Assembly: GCF_029227855.1 (NCBI RefSeq)
Contig: NZ_CP074356.1
Source: Escherichia coli
GTDB taxonomy: Bacteria > Pseudomonadota > Gammaproteobacteria > Enterobacterales > Enterobacteriaceae
Strand: one strand, 5' to 3'
Length of the DNA: 64,000 nt
In this document: piece after piece, positions 10,495 to 22,072 of the stretch
Layout: the number at the start of each line of letters is the position of its first letter
Position numbering within the stretch: position 1 is the stretch's first letter
Notes under the pieces: generated by a model
Told to the model about the DNA's origin: nothing
Seen by the model: the letters and a program-made list of their open reading frames with translations, nothing else
Database searches by the model: none
Program-made: the position numbers and the translations under genes

Positions 10495-12192
10495 ATGGAA
10501 CCAAAAACAAAAAAACAGCGTTCGCTTTATATTCCTTACGCTGGCCCTGTACTGCTGGAATTTCCGTTGTTGAATAAAGGCAGCGCCTTCAGCATGGAAG
10601 AACGCCGTAACTTCAACCTGCTGGGGTTACTGCCGGAAGTGGTCGAAACCATCGAAGAGCAAGCGGAACGAGCATGGATCCAGTATCAGGGATTCAAAAC
10701 CGAAATCGACAAACACATCTACCTGCGTAACATCCAGGACACTAACGAAACCCTCTTCTACCGTCTGGTAAACAATCATCTTGATGAGATGATGCCTGTT
10801 ATTTATACCCCAACCGTCGGCGCAGCCTGTGAGCGTTTTTCTGAGATCTACCGCCGTTCACGCGGCGTGTTTATCTCTTACCAGAACCGCCACAATATGG
10901 ACGATATTCTGCAAAACGTGCCGAACCATAATATTAAAGTGATTGTGGTGACTGACGGTGAACGTATTCTGGGGCTTGGTGACCAGGGCATCGGCGGGAT
11001 GGGCATTCCGATTGGTAAACTGTCACTCTATACCGCCTGTGGCGGCATCAGCCCGGCGTATACCCTTCCGGTGGTGCTGGATGTCGGGACGAACAACCAA
11101 CAGCTGCTTAACGATCCGCTGTATATGGGCTGGCGTAATCCGCGTATCACTGATGACGAATACTATGAATTCGTTGATGAATTTATCCAGGCTGTGAAAC
11201 AACGCTGGCCGGAGGTACTGTTGCAGTTTGAAGACTTTGCTCAAAAAAATGCGATGCCGTTACTTAACCGCTATCGCAATGAAATTTGTTCTTTTAACGA
11301 TGACATTCAGGGCACTGCGGCGGTAACAGTCGGCACACTGATCGCAGCCAGCCGCGCGGCAGGTGGTCAGTTAAGCGAGAAAAAAATCGTCTTCCTTGGC
11401 GCAGGTTCAGCGGGATGTGGCATTGCCGAAATGATCATCGCCCAGACCCAGCGTGAAGGATTAAGCGAGGAAGCAGCACGGCAGAAAGTCTTTATGGTCG
11501 ATCGCTTTGGCCTGCTGACGGACAAGATGCCGAACTTGCTGCCTTTCCAGACCAAACTGGTGCAGAAACGCGAAAACCTCAGTTACTGGGATACCGACAG
11601 CGATGTGCTGTCACTGCTGGATGTGGTGCGCAATGTAAAACCAGATATTCTGATTGGCGTCTCAGGACAGACCGGGCTGTTTACGGAAGAGATCATCCGT
11701 GAGATGCATAAACACTGTCCGCGTCCGATCGTGATGCCGCTGTCTAACCCGACGTCACGCGTGGAAGCCACACCGCAGGACATTATCGCCTGGACTGAAG
11801 GTAACGCGCTGGTCGCCACTGGCAGTCCGTTTAATCCAGTGGTATGGAAAGATAAAATCTACCCTATCGCCCAGTGCAACAACGCCTTCATTTTCCCGGG
11901 CATCGGGCTGGGCGTTATTGCTTCCGGCGCGTCACGTATCACCGATGAGATGCTGATGTCGGCAAGTGAAACGCTTGCTCAGTATTCGCCGCTGGTCCTG
12001 AACGGCGAAGGTCTGGTACTACCGGAACTGAAAGATATTCAGAAAGTCTCCCGCGCAATTGCGTTTGCGGTTGGCAAAATGGCGCAGCAGCAAGGCGTGG
12101 CGGTGAAAACCTCCGCCGAAGCTCTGCAACAGGCCATTGATGATAATTTCTGGCAAGCCGAATACCGCGACTACCGCCGTACCTCCATCTAA
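10495..12192 (+). CDS. maeA: NAD-dependent malic enzyme
   Basis: 565 aa from [10 protein letters not shown]; malic-enzyme family throughout. Confidence 0.9.
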   Translation: MEPKTKKQRSLYIPYAGPVLLEFPLLNKGSAFSMEERRNFNLLGLLPEVVETIEEQAERAWIQYQGFKTEIDKHIYLRNIQDTNETLFYRLVNNHLDEMMPVIYTPTVGAACERFSEIYRRSRGVFISYQNRHNMDDILQNVPNHNIKVIVVTDGERILGLGDQGIGGMGIPIGKLSLYTACGGISPAYTLPVVLDVGTNNQQLLNDPLYMGWRNPRITDDEYYEFVDEFIQAVKQRWPEVLLQFEDFAQKNAMPLLNRYRNEICSFNDDIQGTAAVTVGTLIAASRAAGGQLSEKKIVFLGAGSAGCGIAEMIIAQTQREGLSEEAARQKVFMVDRFGLLTDKMPNLLPFQTKLVQKRENLSYWDTDSDVLSLLDVVRNVKPDILIGVSGQTGLFTEEIIREMHKHCPRPIVMPLSNPTSRVEATPQDIIAWTEGNALVATGSPFNPVVWKDKIYPIAQCNNAFIFPGIGLGVIASGASRITDEMLMSASETLAQYSPLVLNGEGLVLPELKDIQKVSRAIAFAVGKMAQQQGVAVKTSAEALQQAIDDNFWQAEYRDYRRTSI

Positions 12193-12325
12193 GCCTGCGC
12201 CCGGTGGTGAAAGCTGCCGGGCAATTTTCCTCTCCCTTTTTCAGATCTCATCCATACTGGGTAGTGGCGAATAAATCTCATTTGCCTCACCTGCTATGCA
12301 GAACATCATCCGAAAAGGAGGAACT

Positions 12326-13336
12326 ATGAAGGCTGCAGTTGTTACGAAGGATCATCATGTTGACGTTACGGATAAAACACTGCGCTCACTGAAACATGGC
12401 GAAGCCCTGCTGAAAATGGAGTGTTGTGGTGTATGTCATACCGATCTTCATGTTAAGAATGGCGATTTTGGTGACAAAACCGGCGTAATTCTGGGCCATG
12501 AAGGCATCGGTGTGGTGGCAGAAGTTGGCCCAGGTGTCACCTCATTAAAACCAGGCGATCGTGCCAGCGTGGCGTGGTTTTACGAAGGATGCGGTCATTG
12601 CGAATACTGTAACAGTGGTAACGAAACGCTCTGCCGTTCAGTTAAAAATGCCGGATACAGCGTTGATGGCGGGATGGCGGAAGAGTGCATCGTGGTGGCG
12701 GATTACGCGGTAAAAGTGCCAGATGGCCTGGACTCGGCGGCGGCCAGCAGCATTACCTGTGCGGGGGTCACTACCTACAAAGCCGTTAAGCTGTCAAAAA
12801 TTCGTCCAGGGCAGTGGATTGCTATCTACGGTCTTGGCGGTCTGGGTAACCTCGCCCTGCAATACGCGAAGAATGTCTTTAACGCGAAAGTGATCGCCAT
12901 TGATGTCAATGATGAGCAGTTAAAACTGGCAACCGAAATGGGCGCTGATTTAGCGATTAACTCACGCACTGAAGACGCCGCCAAAATTGTGCAAGAAAAA
13001 ACCGGTGGCGCTCACGCCGCGGTGGTGACAGCGGTAGCTAAAGCTGCGTTTAACTCGGCGGTTGATGCTGTACGAGCAGGCGGTCGTGTTGTGGCTGTCG
13101 GTCTGCCGCCGGAGTCTATGAGCCTGGACATCCCACGCCTTGTGCTGGATGGTATTGAAGTGGTCGGTTCGCTGGTCGGCACGCGCCAGGATCTCACAGA
13201 AGCCTTCCAGTTTGCGGCCGAAGGCAAAGTGGTACCGAAGGTCGCCCTGCGTCCGTTAGCGGACATCAACACCATCTTTACTGAGATGGAAGAAGGCAAA
13301 ATCCGTGGCCGTATGGTGATTGATTTCCGCCGCTAA
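12326..13336 (+). CDS. adhP: Zn-dependent alcohol dehydrogenase (propanol-preferring)
   Basis: 336 aa from [17 protein letters not shown] zinc-binding region, GLGGLG Rossmann motif. Confidence 0.9.
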   Translation: MKAAVVTKDHHVDVTDKTLRSLKHGEALLKMECCGVCHTDLHVKNGDFGDKTGVILGHEGIGVVAEVGPGVTSLKPGDRASVAWFYEGCGHCEYCNSGNETLCRSVKNAGYSVDGGMAEECIVVADYAVKVPDGLDSAAASSITCAGVTTYKAVKLSKIRPGQWIAIYGLGGLGNLALQYAKNVFNAKVIAIDVNDEQLKLATEMGADLAINSRTEDAAKIVQEKTGGAHAAVVTAVAKAAFNSAVDAVRAGGRVVAVGLPPESMSLDIPRLVLDGIEVVGSLVGTRQDLTEAFQFAAEGKVVPKVALRPLADINTIFTEMEEGKIRGRMVIDFRR

Positions 13337-13345
13337 GAGGCTTTG

Positions 13346-13380
13346 CTGCGACTGCCATGATCGGGTCGCAGCCTGTTTTG
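13346..13380 (+). terminator. Rho-independent terminator after adhP
   Basis: Hairpin ctgcgac-tgccatgatcgg-gtcgcag followed by cctgttttg. Confidence 0.5.
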
Positions 13381-13474
13381 CGAGACGCTTTCCGCAATTT
13401 CACTCTTCTTCTTTTCCTCCCCCATCTTTCCCCTCACAATTCGCGAAAACGTAGCGAAATTTGTTGCGCTGCAC

Positions 13475-13509
13475 GGAACAATAGTGATAATGTTCCTTTC
13501 GAAGGAACA
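13475..13509 (+). promoter_or_regulatory. Candidate antitoxin operator: GGAACA-N10-TGTTCC inverted repeat plus a third GGAACA half-site, just upstream of the toxin start
   Basis: Inverted repeat read directly; placement 20-50 bp upstream of the toxin start codon matches autoregulated type II TA promoters. Confidence 0.3.
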
Positions 13510-13526
13510 AGGATGAAGAGATGATA

Positions 13527-13799
13527 ATGAATTTCAGACACAAGGGATTGCGTGACTTGTTTCTTCTCGGCAAAACCTCCGGCGTTATACCGACGCAAGT
13601 CAAACGATTACGCCACCGACTCGCTGTGATTGATGCAGCAAGCTGTCTTGCTGATATCGATATGCCCGGTTACCGACTACACCCGTTAAGCGGTGATCGC
13701 GATGGAATTTGGGCGATATCTGTCTCGGGCAACTGGCGAATCACATTTGAATTCGTCAATGGCGATGCATACATACTGGATTACGAGGACTATCACTAA
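13527..13799 (+). CDS. HigB-like (RelE/ParE superfamily) toxin
   Basis: About 90 aa basic ORF directly upstream of, and overlapping, an HTH antitoxin gene (toxin-first order typical of HigBA). Confidence 0.65.
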
Positions 13800-14083
13800 T
13801 GAAAATGGCCAATCATCCCCGCCCGGGGGACATTATTCAGGAATCACTGGACGAGCTTAACGTCAGCCTGCGCGAGTTTGCCAGAGCAATGGAAATTGCG
13901 CCCTCAACGGCAAGCCGATTGCTGACAGGAAAAGCGGCGCTCACTCCGGAAATGGCGATTAAACTTTCCGTGGTGATCGGCAGTTCGCCGCAAATGTGGC
14001 TGAATCTGCAAAACGCCTGGAGTCTGGCAGAGGCAGAAAAAACGGTGGATGTGTCGCGACTGCGCCGTCTGGTTACGCAATAA
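13799..14083 (+). CDS. yddM: HigA-like HTH (Xre family) antitoxin
   Basis: 94 aa ORF with helix-turn-helix segment [25 protein letters not shown] overlap with the toxin gene; position between adhP and fdnI. Confidence 0.65.
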
Positions 14084-14092
14084 AATAAATAT

Positions 14093-14117
14093 CCTCCGGC
14101 ATAGCCGGAGGTTTTTC
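14093..14117 (+). terminator. Rho-independent terminator after the TA operon (could alternatively be IS200 end structure)
   Basis: Hairpin cctccggc-ata-gccggagg followed by ttttt. Confidence 0.4.
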
Positions 14118-14124
14118 AAATGCG

Positions 14125-14790
14125 CCTATAAGGCTCTCTTACCAGCCGCGCCCTAACAGGCGCACACGATCTGACATTTGCATCCAACTTCGTTACTTAC
14201 GGCCCGTAAACGGGCTGCCCGGATAGGGAATCGATAACTGCTCTCCCATTTTATCCTCTTCAAGCTGGTGCTTTATGTAATCCTGTATCTTCGCCGTGTT
14301 CTTACCCACCGTATCGACGTAGTACCCTCTGCACCAGAACTCCCTGTTCCTGTATTTGAATTTCAAATCACCAAACTGCTCGTAAAGCATCAGACTGCTT
14401 TTCCCTTTCAGATATCCCATAAAGCCGGATACGCTCATTTTGGGCGGGATCTCCACAAGCATATGGATATGATCTGCACAGCATTCAGCTTCCAGAATCC
14501 GTACGCTTTTCCACTCACACAGCTTTCTCAAAATACTGCCTATTGCTCTACGCTTCTCTCTGTAGAACACCTGTCTTCGGTATTTTGGCGCAAAAACTAT
14601 GTGATATTTACAGTTCCATCGGGTGTGCGCTAAGCTCTTTTCGTTCCCCATTGGGACCCCCTTTTGATTTCTTGTTTGACACTTGCAGTTGCCAGACCGC
14701 AAAGTGTTTTAACAAATCAAAAGGGGTTTTAATAACTGGCTCAAAGCTGAAAGCTTTCCGGAACCCCCAGCCTAGCTGGGGGTTTTCTGT
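14125..14790 (-). mobile_element. IS200-family insertion sequence (boundaries approximate)
   Basis: Single Y1 HUH transposase gene plus stable hairpins in the tnpA leader (ccccc-agcctagct-ggggg around 14764-14782); no such element is expected between yddM and fdnI in K-12 from memory. Confidence 0.5.
14193..14651 (-). CDS. tnpA: IS200/IS605-family Y1 (HUH) transposase TnpA
   Basis: 152 aa from MGNEKSLAHTRWNCKYHIVFAPKYRR; HUH motif HIHMLV. Confidence 0.85.
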   Translation of the reverse strand: MGNEKSLAHTRWNCKYHIVFAPKYRRQVFYREKRRAIGSILRKLCEWKSVRILEAECCADHIHMLVEIPPKMSVSGFMGYLKGKSSLMLYEQFGDLKFKYRNREFWCRGYYVDTVGKNTAKIQDYIKHQLEEDKMGEQLSIPYPGSPFTGRK

Positions 14791-14794
14791 GCAC

Positions 14795-14824
14795 AAAAAA
14801 TGGCGCTTCTTAAAGCGCCATTTT
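14795..14824. terminator. Bidirectional rho-independent terminator downstream of fdnI
   Basis: Perfect hairpin tggcgc-ttcttaa-agcgcca flanked by an A-run and a T-run. Confidence 0.5.
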
Positions 14825-14845
14825 CAGCTTAAAGTTCAAAAGAGA

Positions 14846-15499
14846 TTATATCCCTTCTTCACTCTCTTTTTTCGCTTCTGCCTTCTCGATTTCACGATAC
14901 CAGCGCGGATGGTGTTTCTTCGCCCAGCGACGGCTCACCTTTCCTTCGATCATCCCTTTAATCGATCCTTTCACCCAGAATGCCATATACATATGGATCA
15001 GGATGGCGTGGATCAGGATGATACCCGCAGCCGCGTGGATCAGCAGGCTATAACGGACAACCTGTATCGGGAAGTACTGCGCAAAGTACGGACGCCAGAT
15101 AATCACCCCGGTCACCAGCAGCACGAAAATCATGCTCATGATCGACCAGAACATCATCTTTTGCCCGGCGTTGTACTTACCGACATCCGCCACTTTGTGC
15201 TCATTGCCTTTTAATACTTCGACAATGTTCAACAGCCACGGAATATCTTTCTTATCCGGGATGTTGTGATGCACAAAACGCACAAACATAAACATCAGCG
15301 CGACGAAAATCGCAATGCCGAAGAACGGGTGCAAAATGCGTCCCATCTGCGGCGTACCGAAGGTTTGCGTCAGCCATTGCAGCGTCGGGAAGAAGAACGA
15401 AATCCCGGACAGCGCCACCAGGAAGAAGCAAATCACCACGGTCCAGTGACAGGCGCGATCAATAAACTTGGTGCGCACAATCATTTTCGACTTACTCAT
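14846..15499 (-). CDS. fdnI: Formate dehydrogenase-N gamma subunit (cytochrome b556)
   Basis: 217 aa polytopic membrane protein from [12 protein letters not shown]; overlaps fdnH. Confidence 0.9.
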   Translation of the reverse strand: MSKSKMIVRTKFIDRACHWTVVICFFLVALSGISFFFPTLQWLTQTFGTPQMGRILHPFFGIAIFVALMFMFVRFVHHNIPDKKDIPWLLNIVEVLKGNEHKVADVGKYNAGQKMMFWSIMSMIFVLLVTGVIIWRPYFAQYFPIQVVRYSLLIHAAAGIILIHAILIHMYMAFWVKGSIKGMIEGKVSRRWAKKHHPRWYREIEKAEAKKESEEGI

Positions 15500-16376
15500 G
15501 ATGATCCTCCTCGTCATCGTCCACTTCCTTATTCGGGCCAATACCGATGTAGTGGAAAATCAACCCGGCAAAAGTGGCAATAAAGCCAGCCGCTGCCAGC
15601 GGTTTCAACGCGCCTTTCCACAGGCTTACCGAGGTGTCGATCTTCGGATCTTTCGGCAGACCGTGATACAGCTCCGGCTGATCGGCGTGATGCAGCACGT
15701 ACATAACGTGCGTACCACCGACCCCTTCCGGGTTGTAGACGCCAGCATGTTCGTAACCACGCGCTTTCAGTTTCGCCACGCGCTGTTCCGCCAGCTCCAG
15801 CATCTCCTTCTTGGTGCCGAAGTGGATAGCCCCGGTCGGACAGGTTTTCACACAAGCCGGTTCCTGGCCGACGCTGACGCGATCGACGCAGAGCGTGCAT
15901 TTATATACCCGGTTATCCTCTTTGTTGAGGCGCGGAATATTAAACGGACACCCGGCAATGCAGTAACCACAGCCGATGCAGTTTTCCGACTGGAAATCAA
16001 CAATCCCGTTAGCGTACTGAATGATTGCACCAGCAGACGGGCACGCCTTCAGGCAGCCCGGATCTTCACAGTGCATACAGCCGTCTTTACGGATCAGCCA
16101 CTCCAGCTTGCCGTTCTGTTCGGTTTCGCTAAAGCGCATCACCGTCCAGGACTTGGCGCTCAGATCGGCGGGGTTATCGTAAACCCCGACGCAGTGCCCC
16201 ACTTCATCACGGATGTCGTTCCACTCTGAACACGCCACCTGACAGGCTTTACAGCCGATACAGGTGGAAACGTCGATAAGTTTCGCGACTTCTGCTTTGT
16301 AATCACGCACCTGAGAAGGCGGCGTGATGGAGTTAGTTGCGGACCTTTTGATAATGTCCTGCGTTTCCATAGCCAT
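15492..16376 (-). CDS. fdnH: Formate dehydrogenase-N beta subunit (4x[4Fe-4S])
   Basis: 294 aa with multiple CxxCxxCxxxCP ferredoxin motifs and a C-terminal TM anchor. Confidence 0.9.
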   Translation of the reverse strand: MAMETQDIIKRSATNSITPPSQVRDYKAEVAKLIDVSTCIGCKACQVACSEWNDIRDEVGHCVGVYDNPADLSAKSWTVMRFSETEQNGKLEWLIRKDGCMHCEDPGCLKACPSAGAIIQYANGIVDFQSENCIGCGYCIAGCPFNIPRLNKEDNRVYKCTLCVDRVSVGQEPACVKTCPTGAIHFGTKKEMLELAEQRVAKLKARGYEHAGVYNPEGVGGTHVMYVLHHADQPELYHGLPKDPKIDTSVSLWKGALKPLAAAGFIATFAGLIFHYIGIGPNKEVDDDEEDHHE

Positions 16377-16388
16377 CTGTTCGCCCCC

Positions 16389-19300
16389 TTACGCCTTCTC
16401 AATGTTGACTAAGAACGCTTTATATTCCGGCGTTTGCGAGTTTGCATCACCGACATTCGGCGTCAGAGTGTTAGCGATATAACCTTTACGCGCGACACCC
16501 TCAAAGCCCCAGTGGATTGGAATACCCACCGTTTCAACCTGCTGACCGTTTACATTCAGCGGTTTCAGACGGCGCGTTACCACCGCCACCGCGCGGATAA
16601 AGCCACGCTTGCTTGAGACAGTGACACGATCGCCATTATTAATGCCTTTCGCCGCCGCCAGCGTTTCGCTGATTTCCACAAACTGTTCCGGCTGAGCAAT
16701 TGCGTTGAGCAACGCGTGCTTGGTCCAGGTGTGGAAGTGCTCGGTCAGACGATAGGTCGTACCCACATACGGGAACTGCTCTTTTTTACCCATCCGCAGC
16801 GCGTCTTGTTCATACAGACGAACCACCGGGTTAGACACCACGTTCGGATGCAGCGGGTTAGTGCCCAGCGGCGTTTCGATTGGCTCGTAGTGTTCCGGGA
16901 ACGGACCTTCCGCCATTTTGTTGATGGCAAACAGGCGTCCCATCCCTTCCGGCTGCATGATAAACGGCCCGGTTGGCGTACCCGGTGCGGCATTGCCGAA
17001 GTCAGGAATATCGTTACCCGTCCACTTGCTGCCGTTCCACTGGATCAGCATCCGTTTCGGATCCCACGGTTTACCGCTGATATCCGCCGAAGCACGGTTG
17101 TAGAGTACGCGACGGTTGAGCGGCCACGCCCAGGCCCATCCCAGCGTATTCCCCAGACCGGACGGGTCGGAGTTATCGCGGTTAGCCATCTGGTTGCCCT
17201 GCTCTGTCCAGCTACCGGTGTAGATCCAGCAAGACGATGCGGTTGTACCGTCATCACGCAGATGCGCAAAGCTACTCAGCAACTGACCTTTCTTCGCAAT
17301 CAGCACGCCATTAGCATCATAGAGATCTTCCAGCGCATAGCCGTTATTCTCTTTCGCCACTTCGTCAGACTGCGGTTCGTGCGGCTGCTTGTAGTTCCAG
17401 CTCATCTTCATCAGCGGTTCTACGCCTTTACCACCTTCGGCCTGGTACAGCTCGCGCAGATGATGGTAGATACCCGCCAGAATTTCGCCGTCGTTACGCG
17501 CTTCGCCCGGCGCATCCTGACCTTTCCAGTGCCACTGCAACCAGCGACCGGAGTTAGCGATAGAACCATCTTCTTCAGCAAAGCAGGTCGAAGGCAGACG
17601 GAATACCTCAGTCTGAATAGACGCCGGATCGACATCGTTCGACTCGCCGTGGTTCTGCCAGAAGGTAGAAGTTTCAGTCACCAGCGGATCGATAACCACC
17701 ATGTACTTCAGCTTGCTCAGGCAGCTCACCACTTTGTTTTTGTCCGGGAAGGACGCAACCGGGTTAAAGCCCTGGCAGAAATAACCGGTGACTTTGCCTT
17801 CATCCATCATGTTGAAATACTTGATGACGTCGTAGGTCTGGTCCCACTTAGGCAGCCAGTCGTAGCCCCAGTTATTCTCTTTCTGCGCGGCATCGCCGTA
17901 GAAAGATTTCATCAGGCTAACGAAGAACTTCGGATAGTTGCTCCAGTAGTTCACCTGATCAGCCAGCGTCGCTTTCGGCGTGTTCGCTTCCAGATACGAC
18001 TGCAAATCAACCTGTTTTTCTGACGGCAGCGTCAGATAACCCGGCAGGCTGGTAGAGAGCAGGCCTAAGTCGGTCAGCCCCTGAATGTTGGAGTGACCAC
18101 GCAATGCGTTCACGCCGCCACCGGCCATACCCATGTTACCGAGCAGTAACTGGATCATCGCCATAGTACGGATGTTCTGCGCACCCACGGTGTGCTGCGT
18201 CCAGCCCAGCGCGTAAAGGAAGGTGGTTGTGCGATCCGGTGCGCTGGTGGAGGCCAGCACTTCACACACTTTCAGGAAGTCGGCTTTTGGCGTACCACAG
18301 ATGTTTTCTACTACGTCCGGCGTGTAGCGGGAAACGTGCTCTTTCAGCAAGTTCCACACACAGCGCGGATGAGTCAGTGTTTCATCGCGTTTCGCATAGC
18401 CGTTTTCATCGAACTGATAGTTCCAGGACGATTTATCGTATTGACGTTTTTCAGCGTCGTAGCCGCTGAACAGACCGTCTTCGAAAGCAAAATCATCACG
18501 CACCAGCAGACTGGCGTTGGTGTAATGCTTAACGTATTCGGCGTTGATTTTGTTGTTTTCGATCAGGTAGCGCAAAACGCCAGACAGGAACGTAATGTCC
18601 GTACCGGAACGAATAGGTGCGTAAATATCCGCTACAGAAGCGGTACGCGTAAAACGGGGATCGACAACGATCAAGGTTGCATCGTTGTTGTTTTTCGCTT
18701 CCATCGCCCAGCGGAAACCGACGGGATGCGCTTCAGCAGCGTTACCGCCCATCACCATTACGACGTTAGCGTTTTTGATATCCACCCAGTGGTTGGTCAT
18801 CGCACCGCGACCAAATGTTGGAGCAAGACTTGCTACCGTTGGTCCGTGTCAGACGCGCGCCTGGTTGTCTACCGCCAGCATCCCGAGGGAGCGGGCAAAT
18901 TTCTGGGTCAGCATCCCGGTTTCGTTGCTGGCACCGGAGGCACACAGCATACCGGTAGAAAGCCAACGGTTTACCGTTACGCCCTGCTCGTTCTTTTCAA
19001 TAAAGTTAGCGTCACGGTCAGCTTTCATCAGCTTCGCAATACGGGAGAATGCTTCATCCCAGCTAATGCGCTGCCATTTGTCAGAACCTGGCGCACGATA
19101 TTCCGGGTAGCGCAGACGGTTTTCGCTGTTGACGTAATCCAGCAAACCGGCCCCTTTCGGGCACAGCGCACCACGGCTTACCGGATGATCCGGGTCACCT
19201 TCAATGTGATAAATCGCTTCTCTGGCGTTTTTCGCGCCATCACCCAGGCTATACATCAATAGCCCGCAACCTACGGAACAGTATGTGCAGGTGTTACGGA

Positions 19301-19436
19301 TCTCTTTAGCGCGTAATAATTTGTAGTTTCGCGCCTGAGCCAGTGCTTGCTTTGGGGCAAAGCCCAATGCCGCTACTGTTGTTCCAGCCATACCGCCCGC
19401 GCAGATTTTAAAAAATTGTCTGCGACTGACGTCCAT
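16389..19436 (-). CDS. fdnG: Formate dehydrogenase-N alpha subunit, selenoprotein (UGA at 18849-18851 read as Sec)
   Basis: Two ORF-track pieces (16389..18800 and 18849..19436) are in the same frame and joined by one TGA; total 1015 codons; Tat signal RRQFFK; molybdopterin oxidoreductase family. Confidence 0.9.
18801..18851 (-). other. Selenocysteine UGA codon plus expected SECIS hairpin region immediately 3' in the mRNA
   Basis: In-frame TGA at the position of the catalytic Sec; mRNA just downstream contains a hairpin-capable stretch (gcaag-ucu-ugc core). Confidence 0.55.
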
Positions 19437-19499
19437 TGCTTTCCTCTTTTTTCAGGGGTATTACTGCGCGAGGAAACTAACAGTAAAATTCTGAATCTT

Positions 19500-19515
19500 T
19501 TTGCGCGAAATCAAA
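19500..19515. promoter_or_regulatory. FNR-like half-palindrome (TTGCG-N4-ATCAA) in the fdnG/yddG divergent intergenic region
   Basis: Partial match to TTGAT-N4-ATCAA about 70 bp upstream of the fdnG start; fdnGHI is anaerobically induced. Confidence 0.3.
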
Positions 19516-19667
19516 AAGAACACGTGTTTGCCACAAAATAATCCGCCTGCGCAAATTGACCTACCTCAATAGCGGTAGAAAAACGCACCACTGCCTGACA
19601 GGCCAGTTAAAAAAATGCTATAAAATTCAGCTTAATTTTTAACGGCAAGAGAGACAAAACAGCGAGC

Positions 19668-20549
19668 ATGACACGACAAAAAGCAACGCTCATAGGGCTA
19701 ATAGCGATCGTCCTGTGGAGCACGATGGTAGGATTGATTCGCGGTGTCAGTGAGGGGCTCGGCCCGGTCGGCGGTGCAGCTGCTATCTATTCATTAAGCG
19801 GGCTGCTGTTAATCTTCACGGTTGGATTTCCGCGTATTCGGCAGATCCCGAAAGGCTATTTACTTGCCGGGTGTCTGTTATTCGTCAGCTATGAAATCTG
19901 TCTGGCGCTTTCCTTAGGATATGCGGCGACCCGTCATCAGGCGATTGAAGTGGGTATGGTGAACTATCTGTGGCCCAGCCTGACAATTCTCTTTGCCATT
20001 CTGTTTAATGGTCAGAAAACCAACTGGCTGATTGTACCAGGATTATTATTAGCCCTGGTTGGCGTCTGCTGGGTGTTAGGTGGTGACAATGGGTTACATT
20101 ATGATGAAATCATCAATAATATCACCACCAGCCCATTGAGTTATTTCCTGGCGTTTATTGGTGCGTATATCTGGGCAGCCTATTGCACAGTAACGAATAA
20201 ATACGCACGCGGATTTAACGGAATTACCGTTTTTGTCCTACTAACGGGAGCAAGTCTGTGGGTTTACTATTTTCTCACGCCACAACCAGAAATGGTATTT
20301 AGCACGCCCGTCATGATTAAACTCACCTCTGCGGCATTTACCTTAGGATTTGCTTATGCTGCATGGAACGTCGGTATATTACATGGCAACGTCACCATTA
20401 TGGCGGTAGGTTCGTATTTTACGCCCGTCCTTTCCTCAGCGCTTGCAGCCGTGCTGCTCAGCGCCCCGCTGTCGTTCTCGTTCTGGCAAGGCGCGCTAAT
20501 GGTCTGCGGCGGTTCCCTGCTCTGCTGGCTGGCGACACGTCGTGGCTAA
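19668..20549 (+). CDS. yddG: Aromatic amino acid exporter (DMT superfamily)
   Basis: 293 aa, 10-TM EamA-like protein. Confidence 0.9.
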   Translation: MTRQKATLIGLIAIVLWSTMVGLIRGVSEGLGPVGGAAAIYSLSGLLLIFTVGFPRIRQIPKGYLLAGCLLFVSYEICLALSLGYAATRHQAIEVGMVNYLWPSLTILFAILFNGQKTNWLIVPGLLLALVGVCWVLGGDNGLHYDEIINNITTSPLSYFLAFIGAYIWAAYCTVTNKYARGFNGITVFVLLTGASLWVYYFLTPQPEMVFSTPVMIKLTSAAFTLGFAYAAWNVGILHGNVTIMAVGSYFTPVLSSALAAVLLSAPLSFSFWQGALMVCGGSLLCWLATRRG

Positions 20550-20807
20550 AATAATTGTCGGGTCTACGGCCCGGCAGTTAATCAGATAAATTCCGACAAT
20601 ATAAAAAAATAAATTTCAAATACCAGTAGTTCACCTTATATCTCATTTCGACTTCGATCACATATCGATAAATAATATTATTTCATCTATTTTTCTCATT
20701 GTTTTTAATCACCATTCTATTTTAAAAACAGTATGTCATTTATAAATGACGCCGTTTAAAATTCGTTTAGAAAATACGTTTAACGATAATTAAAAGGATT
20801 CTGTTAA

Positions 20808-21909
20808 ATGAAATTAAAAATAGTTGCGGTGGTTGTAACTGGTTTGTTAGCTGCGAACGTAGCACACGCTGCCGAAGTCTATAACAAGGATGGTAATAAA
20901 CTCGACCTTTATGGCAAGGTTACCGCTCTACGTTATTTTACTGATGATAAGCGTGACGATGGTGATAAAACTTATGCCCGTCTCGGCTTTAAAGGAGAAA
21001 CGCAAATCAATGATCAAATGATTGGTTTTGGTCACTGGGAATATGATTTTAAAGGCTATAACGATGAAGCCAACGGCTCGCGCGGTAACAAGACCCGTCT
21101 GGCCTATGCAGGTTTAAAAATTAGTGAATTTGGCTCTCTGGGACTATGGTCGTAACTACGGTGTCGGCTATGACATTGGTTCATGGACCGATATGTTGCC
21201 AGAATTTGGTGGCGATACCTGGAGTCAGAAAGATGTCTTCATGACATACCGTACTACCGGTGTGGCAACCTATCGCAACTACGATTTCTTCGGCTTAATT
21301 GAAGGTCTGAACTTTGCCGCGCAATATCAAGGCAAAAATGAACCCACTGACAATGGTCATCTTTATGGTGCTGACTACACGCGTGCCAATGGTGACGGTT
21401 TCGGTATCTCCTCAACTTATGTTTATGATGGCTTTGGTATCGGTGCGGTGTATACCAAATCCGATCGGACAAATGCGCAGGAAAGAGCCGCTGCTAATCC
21501 TCTCAATGCCTCCGGTAAGAATGCAGAACTGTGGGCTACAGGTATAAAATATGATGCCAACAACATCTACTTTGCAGCTAATTACGCTGAAACATTAAAC
21601 ATGACCACCTATGGCGATGGTTATATCTCTAACAAAGCACAAAGTTTTGAAGTAGTGGCACAATATCAATTCGACTTCGGCTTGCGCCCATCACTCGCTT
21701 ACCTGAAATCGAAAGGCAGAGATCTGGGCCGCTACGGCGACCAGGACATGATTGAGTATATCGACGTTGGTGCGACGTATTTCTTCAACAAAAATATGTC
21801 GACCTATGTTGATTATAAAATCAACCTGATTGATGAAAGCGACTTTACCCGTGCCGTAGATATTCGCACCGATAACATCGTCGCAACGGGCATTACCTAT
21901 CAGTTCTAA
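20808..21909 (+). pseudogene. OmpC/OmpN-family general porin, reading frame interrupted once (about 21145)
   Basis: Signal peptide, [16 protein letters not shown] start and C-terminal ...GITYQF typical of enterobacterial porins; split into 20808..21155 and 21124..21909 by one extra G in a G-run; this position holds a porin remnant (yddL) in K-12. Confidence 0.7.
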
Positions 21910-22072
21910 CATCCTCTCCTGACCAGCCCTTCTCTGGGCTGGTTTTTGATTTAAGTGCTGCTGTATGACTCCTTAAGTAAAAATGAGCAATTTTTGATAT
22001 TTCTGGTCATTCACCTCAATTAATATTATTCCATACCCTGCGGGGACATCTTACTATAATATTTATTGATGA

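Noticed and set aside
16716-19262. Long plus-strand ORFs (435 aa and 356 aa) inside the fdnG region
   Set aside because: Antisense to a strongly supported, conserved selenoprotein gene; Arg/His-rich low-complexity translations typical of antisense frames; no start context.
16389-19436. fdnG as a pseudogene because of the internal stop
   Set aside because: The only interruption is one in-frame TGA at the position of the catalytic selenocysteine.
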